Below are positions 51,390-60,959 of a stretch of DNA of 64,000 bases, piece after piece (the first letter of the stretch is position 1; the number at the start of each line of letters is the position of its first letter). Position numbers and translations under genes: made by a program. The notes beneath the pieces were generated by a model, which saw only the letters and a program-made list of their open reading frames with translations, was not told the DNA's origin and did not search any database. The DNA is from Rickettsiales bacterium (lineage in GTDB: Bacteria; Pseudomonadota; Alphaproteobacteria; Methylaequorales; Methylaequoraceae): assembly GCA_002691145.1 (NCBI GenBank), contig NZHE01000024.1, positions 8,094 to 72,093 on the forward strand, read 5' to 3'.

Positions 51390-53420
51390 ATGTTGTTAGA
51401 AATGAAAGTAAATTTACAAAAAAAGAAACTTTTTAATAATAATTATGCAAAAGATTTTTGTATCAAAAGTGATTTTGAACCTGCAGGAGATCAACCTCAA
51501 GCCATAAAACAGTTATGCAAGGGTTTAACTAATAAAAAAATGGATCAGGTACTTTTAGGTGTGACAGGTTCTGGGAAAACTTTCACGATGGCTAACGTAA
51601 TAAACAAATTACAACGACCTGCCTTAATTTTTGCACCAAACAAAATACTAGCAGCGCAATTATATAGTGAAATGAAAAATTTTTTTCCTGATAATCGTGT
51701 TGAATACTTTGTATCATACTACGATTACTATACCCCGGAAGCTTATATACCCAGATCAGATACATACATAGAGAAAGAATCTGCAATCAACGAGCAAATT
51801 GATAGAATGAGACATGCAGCAACTCGCGCTATTTTAGAAAGAAATGATACTATTATTGTTGCTAGTGTCTCATGTATATATGGAATTGGCTCTGTTGATT
51901 CATATTCGGAGATGACTTTTAAAATAGAAAAAAATAAAAATTTTGATCTGGAGAAAATAAAACTCAAACTTGTTGAACTTCAGTATAAAAGGAATGACCA
52001 AAATTTTGTTAGGGGTACTTTTAGAAATAGAGGCGATGTTTTAGAAATATTTCCTGCTCATCTAGAAGATAGAGCCTGGAGAATTTCTTTTTTTTCAGAT
52101 TTTATTGAAGAAATCAATGAGTTTGATCCACTTACTGGTCAAGTTCATGAACAACTTCAAAATATAACTGTTTATGCCAACAGTCATTATGTAACTCCAA
52201 AACCATCTCTTAATAAAGCAATTCAGACTATTAAATCCGAATTAAAAGAAAGAATAAAATTTTTTGAAAAAAGTAAACAACTCATTGAATGTCAGAGAAT
52301 TGAACAGAGAACTCAATTTGATTTAGAAATGATGATTGCTACCGGCTCCTGTTCTGGAATTGAAAATTATTCTCGTCATTTGACTGGAAGAAAAAAAGGA
52401 CAACCACCACCGACTTTATTCGAATATCTACCCGAAAATACAATTATATTCATTGATGAATCACATGTAACTATTCCTCAAATTGGTGCTATGTTCAAAG
52501 GTGATAGATCCAGAAAATCAACATTGTCTGAGCATGGTTTTAGATTACCGTCATGCAAAGACAATAGACCTTTGATGTTTGAAGAGTGGGAAAAATTTAA
52601 GGGCCAAACTATATATGTTTCTGCCACTCCAGGAACTTGGGAACTGAATAAAACTCAGGGTGCTTTTGTAGAACAAGTTGTAAGGCCTACAGGTTTAATA
52701 GAACCAAAATGTGTTATAAGACCTGCTAAAAATCAAGTGGAAGACTTAATTGAGGAATGTAAAAAAAAAATTAAAAATAAATTAAGAGTTCTTGTAACCA
52801 CATTAACTAAAAGGATGGCTGAGGATTTGACCGAATATATGAATGAATCTAATGTTTTAGCAAAGTATATGCATTCTGATATTGACACAATTGAAAGGAT
52901 GGAGATTATAAAAGATTTACGAACAGGGGCCTTTGATGTATTGATTGGTATTAATCTTTTAAGAGAAGGATTAGACATACCTGAATGTGGACTTGTGGCA
53001 GTGTTGGATGCAGACAAGGAGGGTTTTTTGAGATCCAAAGTTTCGTTAATCCAGACTGTTGGACGCGCCGCGAGGAATCTTGATGGAGAAGTGATTCTTT
53101 ATGCGGATAGAATGACAAGGTCTATTGAAGAAACCATACAAGAAACAGATAGAAGAAGAAAAAAACAAATTAATTATAACAAATTAAATGGGATTACTCC
53201 AAAAACCACATCAAGAAAAATAATTGAAGTAGAAAAAGAATATCGTAGTAATCCTAAAACAAAATCTAACAAAAAACAACTTGTTGGTAATAATCTCAAA
53301 ATTCATATTTCTGAATTAAAAAAAGATATGCTAAGGTTTGCTGAAGAGCTAAACTTTGAAAAAGCTGCCGAAATAAGAGATGAGATAAGTAAATTAGAAA
53401 AAAAAGATATTGGTGTTTAA
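51390..53420 (+). CDS. uvrB: Excinuclease ABC subunit B
   Basis: GVTGSGKT, FVSYYDYY.PEAY, DESH, GINLLREGLDIPE and a UVR domain. The start may be 51402. Confidence 0.98.
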   Translation: MLLEMKVNLQKKKLFNNNYAKDFCIKSDFEPAGDQPQAIKQLCKGLTNKKMDQVLLGVTGSGKTFTMANVINKLQRPALIFAPNKILAAQLYSEMKNFFPDNRVEYFVSYYDYYTPEAYIPRSDTYIEKESAINEQIDRMRHAATRAILERNDTIIVASVSCIYGIGSVDSYSEMTFKIEKNKNFDLEKIKLKLVELQYKRNDQNFVRGTFRNRGDVLEIFPAHLEDRAWRISFFSDFIEEINEFDPLTGQVHEQLQNITVYANSHYVTPKPSLNKAIQTIKSELKERIKFFEKSKQLIECQRIEQRTQFDLEMMIATGSCSGIENYSRHLTGRKKGQPPPTLFEYLPENTIIFIDESHVTIPQIGAMFKGDRSRKSTLSEHGFRLPSCKDNRPLMFEEWEKFKGQTIYVSATPGTWELNKTQGAFVEQVVRPTGLIEPKCVIRPAKNQVEDLIEECKKKIKNKLRVLVTTLTKRMAEDLTEYMNESNVLAKYMHSDIDTIERMEIIKDLRTGAFDVLIGINLLREGLDIPECGLVAVLDADKEGFLRSKVSLIQTVGRAARNLDGEVILYADRMTRSIEETIQETDRRRKKQINYNKLNGITPKTTSRKIIEVEKEYRSNPKTKSNKKQLVGNNLKIHISELKKDMLRFAEELNFEKAAEIRDEISKLEKKDIGV

Positions 53421-54175
53421 TGTCTAAAACAGCGCTTATTACTGGGGCCTCTAAAAGAATAGGCAGATCTATCGCTATTAATCTTGCCAACCAAGGTTAT
53501 AATATAGTAGTTCATTTTAATAATTCAAAAACTGATGCCCAAAAATTAGTCAAAGAAATAAAAAATATTGGAGTTGAAGCTTTTTCAATACCTTTAGATC
53601 TCAATAAGACATCTAAAATTAAGGGCTTTTTTGATGATGTAATAAAGAGGGCAAAAAATATTCAACTTTTAATAAATAATGCATCACTTTTTGAATTTGA
53701 TAATTTAAATAACTTATCAGAAAAAAGTTTTGATGATCATATCAATATAAACTTAAAAGCTCCTATATTACTCTCAAAATATTTTATTAAAAATTTGGGA
53801 AAAAAAAAAGGTTCTATCATAAATATGCTGGATCAAAGGGTTACAAATATTACACCATACTTTTTATCATACACCATAAGCAAAGTTGGACTTTATGCCT
53901 TTACTAAAAATCAAGCTTTATCTCTTGCCCCAAATATCAGGGTGAATGCAATTTCTCCAGGCCCAACTTTAAAAAGCACAAGACAAAATTTAAAACAGTT
54001 TAATGAGCAAATAAAAAGAACTCCACTTAAAAATAAAGTATCTCTCGACGATATCAATGATGGAATTAATTTTTTAAATAAAAATCAAAGTGTCACAGGA
54101 CAGGTACTATATCTTGACAGTGGACAAAATTTAGGATGGGCTCATACTAGATCCAAAAAATTTAAAGACGATTAA
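53420..54175 (+). CDS. Short-chain dehydrogenase, pteridine-reductase-like
   Basis: TGASKRIG, NNASLF and YTISK (YxxxK). Confidence 0.88.
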   Translation: MSKTALITGASKRIGRSIAINLANQGYNIVVHFNNSKTDAQKLVKEIKNIGVEAFSIPLDLNKTSKIKGFFDDVIKRAKNIQLLINNASLFEFDNLNNLSEKSFDDHININLKAPILLSKYFIKNLGKKKGSIINMLDQRVTNITPYFLSYTISKVGLYAFTKNQALSLAPNIRVNAISPGPTLKSTRQNLKQFNEQIKRTPLKNKVSLDDINDGINFLNKNQSVTGQVLYLDSGQNLGWAHTRSKKFKDD

Positions 54176-54299
54176 AAAAGACTTGACATCATTTTAAAGT
54201 TGTACACACCTAAGTTTATAGTTTTTTTTTAAGGAATTTAATGTTTTATTTTTTTTTTATGATCTAATTAATTGTCGATTAATGTAAAAAATGTAAGTA

Positions 54300-54312
54300 T
54301 ATCAATAACTTA
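54300..54312 (+). promoter_or_regulatory. IHF consensus site
   Basis: TATCAA-TAAC-TTA matches WATCAA-N4-TTR exactly. Confidence 0.5.
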
Positions 54313-54384
54313 AAATATTGCCTATTTTTTAATCATTTTGTCTAAACCCCTATGTTTATTAGATTTAACATATTTAAACAAGTT

Positions 54385-54419
54385 ATATCAACAAGGTTAT
54401 CCACAGTTTTAGTGGATAG
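54385..54419. promoter_or_regulatory. Cluster of three DnaA boxes (DARS-core-like geometry)
   Basis: ATATCAACA (54385-93), agg, TTATCCACA (54397-405, perfect), gtttt, AGTGGATAG (54411-19, inverted). A further box-like TTGTACACA lies at 54200-54208. Confidence 0.75.
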
Positions 54420-54478
54420 TATTTAATTAAATTAATTTGTAATATAAAATCATGAAAAATATAAAATTTAATTAGAAA

Positions 54479-56317
54479 ATGAAGTTTAATTTTCAAGAAG
54501 GTATTAAAAAGATAAAAAAATCTGTAAACGTTTGTCCTAAAGGTCCAGGCATTTATCAATTTATCGATAAAAATAACAAAGTTCTCTATATTGGGAAAGC
54601 AAAAAAGCTTTCAAATAGGATTCGTTCATATTTAAATTTCAACACGCAAAGTAATAGAATAAAAAAAATGATTGGACTTGTTGATAAAGTAAAGTTTATA
54701 AAAACTCACACAGAGGTAGATGCATTAATACTCGAAAGTAACCTTATAAAAGATGTCAAGCCTACATTTAATATAAGATTAATAGACGATAAAACTTTTC
54801 CATTCATTTTAATAAATCAATCCTCAGAATGGTCGAGAATTCAAAAATATAGAGGAGCCAAAAATCAAAAGGGATTCTACTTCGGTCCGTTTGCAAATGT
54901 TCAATCTTTAGAAAAAACCATTACAATTCTAGAAAAGGGATTTCTAATAAGATCATGCTCAGACTCAGAATTTCAAAATAGAAAAAGACCTTGTTTACTT
55001 TACCAAATAAAAAGATGTTCAGCTCCCTGCGTGAATCTCATCGACAAGGAAACCTACAACAATTTGGTTGAACAGGCAATTTCATTTTTAAAAGGAAAAA
55101 ATAAGAAACTAAAAACTGCTTTAATAACAAGAATGGAGCAAGCAAGTAAAAATCAAGATTATGAAAAAGCAGTTATATTTAGAGATAGAATTCAAGCAAT
55201 TACAAAAATTTCTCAAGAGCAATACTCAATATTAAATGATAAAAATGATTTTGATATTATTAGTTCAATAAAAAAGAACGACTTAGTGTGTATAAACGTA
55301 TTTTTTTTTAGAAATGGAAGAAACTTAGGAAACAAAGAATATTTTTTTGAAAATCAGAAGGAAAAGAGTGCAGAACTTATAATGGAGGAATTCATAGGTT
55401 TGTTTTATATAAAAAATCCAAATCCAGGGCTAGTCATCTTAAATAAAAAAATCAAAAACAAGGAACTCATTGAAGAGGCAATAAGCACTAATCGTGGGAC
55501 AAATCTTAAAATTATTTTTCCCAAAAAAGGGAAAAAAAGTGATCTTATAAAAATGACTGAAAATAATATTAGTAATTCAATTGAAAAATTTGTAAACAAT
55601 TCAAAGGATTCAAATGAACTTATTAGCGAACTTTCTAAAACATTTAAGTTAAATACAGTGCCAAAAAGAATTGAGATTTATGACAATAGTCACTTGCAAG
55701 GTACCAATCCTGTAGGTGCAATGGTTGTTTACAAAAATTATCAATTTTTCAGGGAGGGTTACAGAATTTTTAATATTAAGACTGATAAAAAAGTAATGAT
55801 GGATGACTATAGTATGATGAATCAAACTATTGATAGGAGATTTACAATTGAAAAAGGTAAGTCTTCATGGAAATCAGAATTACCAGACTTAATAATAATT
55901 GATGGAGGAAGAGGTCATCTAAATGTGATAAAGAATCTTATGAATGCAAAAAGTTTCAACATTGATATTATTGCAATCGCAAAAGGAAAAAAAAGGAATG
56001 CTGGCAATGAAACAATTTACTTTAACAATAAAAGTTTTAATCTAGAAAAAAATAATAAAATATTATATTTTCTGCAAAGATTAAGAGATGAAGCTCATCG
56101 ATTTGCAATCTCAAATCAAAAATATAGAAGAAAAATGAATGTAAAAAACTCAATTTTCGATAATATTTACGGAATTGGAAGTAAAACTAAAAAAAATCTA
56201 CTTTCATATTTTGGATCAATAGATAATATAAAAACAGCTGGGATAAGAGATCTTGAGAATGTTTCTGGTGTTGGTAAAGCAATGGCAATAAAAATTTATA
56301 AAGAATTTAATGAATAA
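54479..56317 (+). CDS. uvrC: Excinuclease ABC subunit C
   Basis: GIY-YIG (PGIY...LYIGKAK), YDNSH, IDGGRGH, QRLRDEAHRFA and HhH motifs. Confidence 0.97.
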   Translation: MKFNFQEGIKKIKKSVNVCPKGPGIYQFIDKNNKVLYIGKAKKLSNRIRSYLNFNTQSNRIKKMIGLVDKVKFIKTHTEVDALILESNLIKDVKPTFNIRLIDDKTFPFILINQSSEWSRIQKYRGAKNQKGFYFGPFANVQSLEKTITILEKGFLIRSCSDSEFQNRKRPCLLYQIKRCSAPCVNLIDKETYNNLVEQAISFLKGKNKKLKTALITRMEQASKNQDYEKAVIFRDRIQAITKISQEQYSILNDKNDFDIISSIKKNDLVCINVFFFRNGRNLGNKEYFFENQKEKSAELIMEEFIGLFYIKNPNPGLVILNKKIKNKELIEEAISTNRGTNLKIIFPKKGKKSDLIKMTENNISNSIEKFVNNSKDSNELISELSKTFKLNTVPKRIEIYDNSHLQGTNPVGAMVVYKNYQFFREGYRIFNIKTDKKVMMDDYSMMNQTIDRRFTIEKGKSSWKSELPDLIIIDGGRGHLNVIKNLMNAKSFNIDIIAIAKGKKRNAGNETIYFNNKSFNLEKNNKILYFLQRLRDEAHRFAISNQKYRRKMNVKNSIFDNIYGIGSKTKKNLLSYFGSIDNIKTAGIRDLENVSGVGKAMAIKIYKEFNE

Positions 56318-56861
56318 AATTAGATTATCAGATATTCCAAACTTTCTTACACTTTTCAGAATATTTAGTATACCAATTATAATTTTGTGCTTATTACCTC
56401 AAAATGTTATTTTTAACTGGTTTGCATTAATACTTTACTTCTTTGCATGCATAAGTGATTTTTTTGATGGATTTATTGCAAGAAGATATAATTATGAAAG
56501 TAAATTTGGAAAATTATTTGATCCCATAGCAGATAAAGTCTTAGTAATTTCAGTAATATTTATTTTAGTTGTAATTGAAAAAATTAATGGTTTATATGTT
56601 TTCCCTGCTTTAATAATTATAATTAGAGAAATAATGGTTTCTGGTTTAAGGGAATTTATCTCTAAAACAAAAACACATATAAACGTAACTTATTTATCAA
56701 AATTTAAAACTACAATTCAAATGTTTTCATTAGGCTTTATAATAATAGGAAATGATTTTGAGTATCTTAAATTTACTCATGAAATTGGTGAAATAGGTTT
56801 GCTAATTTCCTCGATCATAACTATTTATACCGGGTACATTTATTTTAAAGAGAATTATTGA
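56310..56861 (+). CDS. pgsA: CDP-diacylglycerol--glycerol-3-phosphate 3-phosphatidyltransferase
   Basis: PNFLTLFRI, DFFDGFIARR, FGKLFDPIADK and REIMVSGLRE; follows uvrC. Confidence 0.95.
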   Translation: MNKIRLSDIPNFLTLFRIFSIPIIILCLLPQNVIFNWFALILYFFACISDFFDGFIARRYNYESKFGKLFDPIADKVLVISVIFILVVIEKINGLYVFPALIIIIREIMVSGLREFISKTKTHINVTYLSKFKTTIQMFSLGFIIIGNDFEYLKFTHEIGEIGLLISSIITIYTGYIYFKENY

Positions 56862-56870
56862 TAAAGAATT

Positions 56871-57389
56871 ATGTTTGTTTTTGGATTTTGTGGTTGGAGT
56901 GGTAGCGGAAAAACGGACTTGATTTGTAGAATTATTTCTAGCCTAAACAAAAAAAGGATTTCAGTCTCAACTATCAAACATACCCACCACGATGTTACTA
57001 TTGACAAAACTGGTAAAGATAGTTTTAAGCACAAAGAAAGTGGAGCTAAAGAAGTTTTGTTTGGGGGTGGAAGTAATTGGACCTTAATTCATACTGGAAA
57101 AGCTAGTTACGAATATCAAGTGAATGATTTGATAAAAAAAATGTCTAAAGACAATGATTTAATCATTGTAGAGGGATTTAAAAAAAGCAAGATACCAAAG
57201 CTAGAAGTTTATAACAGTCAACGAAATAAAACAATTCTTGCCAAAGGAAACGATAGTATTGTTGGAATAGTATGTGATAAAATCAGCGCAGAAGTTAAGG
57301 GGCTTGGAATCCCGGTATTTGACTTTCATGAAACAGAGAAAATTAGTAATTTTATTATAGAATACAAGAGTAAAAATGAAAAAAAATAA
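56871..57389 (+). CDS. mobB: Molybdopterin-guanine dinucleotide biosynthesis protein B
   Basis: GWSGSGKT, IKHTHH, GKDS and VEGFK. Confidence 0.93.
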   Translation: MFVFGFCGWSGSGKTDLICRIISSLNKKRISVSTIKHTHHDVTIDKTGKDSFKHKESGAKEVLFGGGSNWTLIHTGKASYEYQVNDLIKKMSKDNDLIIVEGFKKSKIPKLEVYNSQRNKTILAKGNDSIVGIVCDKISAEVKGLGIPVFDFHETEKISNFIIEYKSKNEKK

Positions 57390-58626
57390 CTGTTTTGACT
57401 TAAGTACTCTTACAGAGGTAGGAAAAGCAAAAAGGTTGATGCTTAAAGGCATAAAATCCATAAAAAAAGTAGAATCTATAAGATTGATTGATGCTGTCGG
57501 AAGAATTTTAGCTAAAAACATTGTATCAAATTTTAATATTCCTCCTTATGATAATGCAGCTGTAGACGGATATGCGTTTAATTTGAAAGATTCCTTAAAA
57601 AAAAATAAACTTAAAATTATTGGTACATCAAAACCGGGTGAACCTTTCTTAAAAAATATTAAATCTGGTGAGGGGATAAAAATTTTTACCGGCGCTCCAA
57701 TTATCTATTCAAAAAAAGGCTTGAAAATAAATAAAATATTGATGGAAGAAGAGTGTAAAATCAAAGATGATTATATTATTTTACCAGGTCAAATCGACGA
57801 AAAATCAAATATTAGACCTAAAGGTGAAGATATTAAAAAAGATTTGGTTACAATTAAAAAAGGAAGAAAAATAAGATCAGTCGATTTGGGCTATTTTGCA
57901 TCTATGGGCTTAAAACATATACCTGTTTATAAAAAATTAAAAGTGGGTATTTTTTCTTCTGGAAACGAATTATCAAGAAAAAAACAAATAAGTAAATTCC
58001 AAATATTTGATAGTAATAAAATTACTTTAATTTCTCTATTTACCGCGATTGGCTGCGAGTCTATAGATCTTGGTACATTAAGCGATAATTATGATTCGGT
58101 AAAAAAAGGTTTAAAATCTTCAACTGAGTTGTGTGATATAATCGTTACAACTGGTGGTATTTCTTCAAGCAAAACAGATAAAATAATTGATGTATTTAAA
58201 GATTTTGGGAAGATAAATTTTTGGAGATTGGCTATAAAGCCAGGAAGACCATTAGCATTTGGAAAATTAAATAATATTCCATTTTTTGGTCTACCTGGAA
58301 ATCCTGTGGCAGTTATAGTATGTTTTTTTATGCTAATCTGCGAGTATATAAATATTGTAAATGGAAGAATCGGATATAAATTACCCTACAATCAGGTTTC
58401 AGCTGGGTTTAGCTTTACAAAAAAAATTGGAAGAACTGAATGGCTAAGAGGTTCAATAAAAAAAATTAAAAAACAAACTCAACTTGTAAAATATGAAAAA
58501 CAAGGTTCCGGAATATTATCCTCAGTCTTTAAAAGTCAGGGAATAATTGAGTTAGAATCAAATATAAAAATCATAAATAAGGGAGAAAAATTAAAATTTT
58601 ATAATTTTGAGGAGATGTTAAAGTGA
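57376..58626 (+). CDS. moeA: Molybdopterin molybdotransferase MoeA
   Basis: NAAVDGYA, IFTGAP, SSGNEL, TTGGIS, KPGRP and GLPGNP. Confidence 0.95.
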   Translation: MKKNNCFDLSTLTEVGKAKRLMLKGIKSIKKVESIRLIDAVGRILAKNIVSNFNIPPYDNAAVDGYAFNLKDSLKKNKLKIIGTSKPGEPFLKNIKSGEGIKIFTGAPIIYSKKGLKINKILMEEECKIKDDYIILPGQIDEKSNIRPKGEDIKKDLVTIKKGRKIRSVDLGYFASMGLKHIPVYKKLKVGIFSSGNELSRKKQISKFQIFDSNKITLISLFTAIGCESIDLGTLSDNYDSVKKGLKSSTELCDIIVTTGGISSSKTDKIIDVFKDFGKINFWRLAIKPGRPLAFGKLNNIPFFGLPGNPVAVIVCFFMLICEYINIVNGRIGYKLPYNQVSAGFSFTKKIGRTEWLRGSIKKIKKQTQLVKYEKQGSGILSSVFKSQGIIELESNIKIINKGEKLKFYNFEEMLK

Positions 58627-58871
58627 AAATTTTTTATTTTGCTAGTTTAAGACAAATAGTAGGAACATCCGAAGAAAATTTTAAAATTGATCGTAGTTAT
58701 ACTGTAAAAGATTTAATTCAACTTCTCAGGAAAAGAGATGAAAATTTTAAAATTGCTTTTAAAGATCTTTCAAAAATAAAGTGTGCAGTGAATAGGCAAT
58801 ATGTTAGTTTAGAAAAGCTAATTACTGATGAGGACGAAATATCTTTTTTTCCTCCAGTGACGGGAGGTTAA
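58623..58871 (+). CDS. moaD: Molybdopterin synthase sulfur carrier subunit
   Basis: YFASLR, AVN and C-terminal FFPPVTGG. Confidence 0.95.
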   Translation: MKIFYFASLRQIVGTSEENFKIDRSYTVKDLIQLLRKRDENFKIAFKDLSKIKCAVNRQYVSLEKLITDEDEISFFPPVTGG

Positions 58872-58872
58872 A

Positions 58873-59307
58873 ATAGTAAAAATTCAAACGCAAAATTTTA
58901 ATTATTCGAAAGAGGTTGAAAATTTTTCAAAAAAAAACTTTTCCAGTGGAGCAATTTCCTCATTTCTTGGAAAAGTAAAACAAAATTCCGAAAATGGAAC
59001 AGTTTCCTCAATAGATATTGAGAATTATATGGAAATGACAAAGTATCAACTTAAAATTATAATTAATGATATAAAGAAAAAATATTTTATAGATGATTAT
59101 TTAATAATTCATAGATTTGGTAAAATTAATGTTGGAGACAATATTGTTTTGATTCTAGTTGCAAGTAAGCACAGAAAAGATAGTTTAGGTGCAACAGAAG
59201 ATATAATTAATTGGCTGAAAATAAAGGCAACATTTTGGAAGAAAGAAAATACAGATAAAGGAGAATTCTGGTTAGATCAAAAACCTGAAGACTCACTTCA
59301 TGAATAA
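58873..59307 (+). CDS. moaE: Molybdopterin synthase catalytic subunit, apparent ATA start
   Basis: The frame is open 52 codons upstream of the track's ATG (IVKIQTQNF...GAISSFLGKVK...IENYMEMT), followed by IHR.G, S.HR and LK..A.FWKKE. GGGAGG RBS at 58862-58867. Confidence 0.9.
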   Translation: MVKIQTQNFNYSKEVENFSKKNFSSGAISSFLGKVKQNSENGTVSSIDIENYMEMTKYQLKIIINDIKKKYFIDDYLIIHRFGKINVGDNIVLILVASKHRKDSLGATEDIINWLKIKATFWKKENTDKGEFWLDQKPEDSLHE

Positions 59308-59311
59308 ATAA

Positions 59312-60187
59312 TTAATTTTCTTTGACTAATTTTTTGAAATCCTCCATCAATGTCAAAGTGACTTTTCTTTCATCAAAAGAAAAGTTATTTATACTCTTAA
59401 TTGGAGTGATTTCTACAGCAGTTCCAGTTAAAAAAGCTTCACTACAAGTTTCCATTATGTTTGGTTCAAGGTGTTCTTCATGAACTTTTATGCCGTTATT
59501 TATTGCTATTTCTATAACTGTTTTTCTAGTAATACCATTCAAAAAACAATCAGCTTTTGGTGTTAATATTTTCCCATCTTGAACAAAAAAAATATTTGCA
59601 CCTGTTGCCTCAGCAATATATCCTCGATAATCAAGCATTAGAGCATCGTCGTATCCTTCCGCCTCAGCTTTATGTTTGCTTAACGAACATATCATATAAA
59701 GACCAGCGGCTTTACTATCGGTTGGCGCACAATCTGGAGGTGGTCTTTTCCATTCAGCAATCGTCATTTTAATACCCTCTAAAATTTTTTCAGGCGAGAA
59801 ATACGATGGCCATTTCCAAGCTGCAATAGCTATATTAGTTTTTGCTGACTTTGCAGAAATTGCCATTTTTTCACTACCTCTCCAAACTACTGGTCTAATA
59901 TATCCATTATCAATTCCCTGTTCTTTTACAATATTCAATGTAGATTTTTCAATTTCTTTTTCTGAATAATTTATATGCAAATCAAGAATTCTTGCTGAAT
60001 GGAACAATCTAGAGATATGTTCACTTAGCTTAAAAATTTTTTTTTCGTACACCCTAATTCCTTCAAAAACACAACTACCATAGTGTAAACCATGATTAAG
60101 GACATGAATTTTTGCCTTATTCCAATTTATAAGGTTCCCATTCATCCAAATAAGTCCGTCTCTATTATCAAAAGGGATTAATTGCAT
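59312..60187 (-). CDS. ilvE: Branched-chain amino acid aminotransferase
   Basis: HGLHYGS.VFEG, YIRP, KAAGLY, E.TGANIF, GITR and FLTGTAVEITP. Confidence 0.95.
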   Translation of the reverse strand: MQLIPFDNRDGLIWMNGNLINWNKAKIHVLNHGLHYGSCVFEGIRVYEKKIFKLSEHISRLFHSARILDLHINYSEKEIEKSTLNIVKEQGIDNGYIRPVVWRGSEKMAISAKSAKTNIAIAAWKWPSYFSPEKILEGIKMTIAEWKRPPPDCAPTDSKAAGLYMICSLSKHKAEAEGYDDALMLDYRGYIAEATGANIFFVQDGKILTPKADCFLNGITRKTVIEIAINNGIKVHEEHLEPNIMETCSEAFLTGTAVEITPIKSINNFSFDERKVTLTLMEDFKKLVKEN

Positions 60188-60263
60188 AAATCATTTAATT
60201 AGTTAAAATCTTACAATATAGTAAAAGAAACAAGAATTCTATAATACTAAACAATATTTACTT

Positions 60264-60959
60264 ATGAATGAAAAATTAGAAAATCAACATATTTTATGCA
60301 TTGATGACGATAATAAAATAAGAGAATTGATTAAAAAATTTTTGGTTAAGCATAATTTTATTGTTTCATCTTCTAGTAATGCATTAGAAGCAGGAAAAAT
60401 GCTAAAGTTCTATAAATTTGATTTGATTATTCTTGATATAATGATGCCAAAAGTAAATGGTATTATTTTTCTAGAGAAATTAAGAAAAATGGATAACAAA
60501 ACACCTGTCTTGATGCTTTCAGCTATAAGCGATATAAAAAAAAAATTACAAACTTACAGGTTAGGTTCTGACGATTATTTGTTAAAACCATTTGAACCTG
60601 AGGAACTGATTTTTAAGATAAAAAAATTGATTCAACCAAGAATAAATTTAAAAATTAATAATAAAATTCTTTTTGGAAATTTTGAATTTGATTTTAATCT
60701 TCAGGAACTAAAAAAAAATAATAAACAGATAAAGTTAACAAATAAAGAATTAATGATTCTTGATTTCCTTGGAAAAAATATAAATATTCAAATTTCAAGA
60801 GAAAAAATAGCTCAAAATCTTAAAATTTCAAATACTTCAAGAACTGTAGATGTATTTATCGCTAGATTAAGAAAAAAAATTGAAAATAAAGATGGAAGTT
60901 CCTTTCTAAAAACTATAAGAGGGAAAGGATATGTTTTAAAAAGTGATTATGAAGTATAA
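60264..60959 (+). CDS. OmpR-family response regulator
   Basis: IDDD, LDIMMP, DDYLLKPF and winged helix RTVDVFIARLRKK...TIRGKGY. Confidence 0.94.
   Translation: MNEKLENQHILCIDDDNKIRELIKKFLVKHNFIVSSSSNALEAGKMLKFYKFDLIILDIMMPKVNGIIFLEKLRKMDNKTPVLMLSAISDIKKKLQTYRLGSDDYLLKPFEPEELIFKIKKLIQPRINLKINNKILFGNFEFDFNLQELKKNNKQIKLTNKELMILDFLGKNINIQISREKIAQNLKISNTSRTVDVFIARLRKKIENKDGSSFLKTIRGKGYVLKSDYEV

Noticed and set aside
54176-54478. Outright call as oriC
   Set aside because: There is only one perfect DnaA box, none of the usual origin-flanking genes (hemE, dnaA, gidA, parAB), and GC skew cannot be judged from this window. It is kept as an alternative in the DARS finding.
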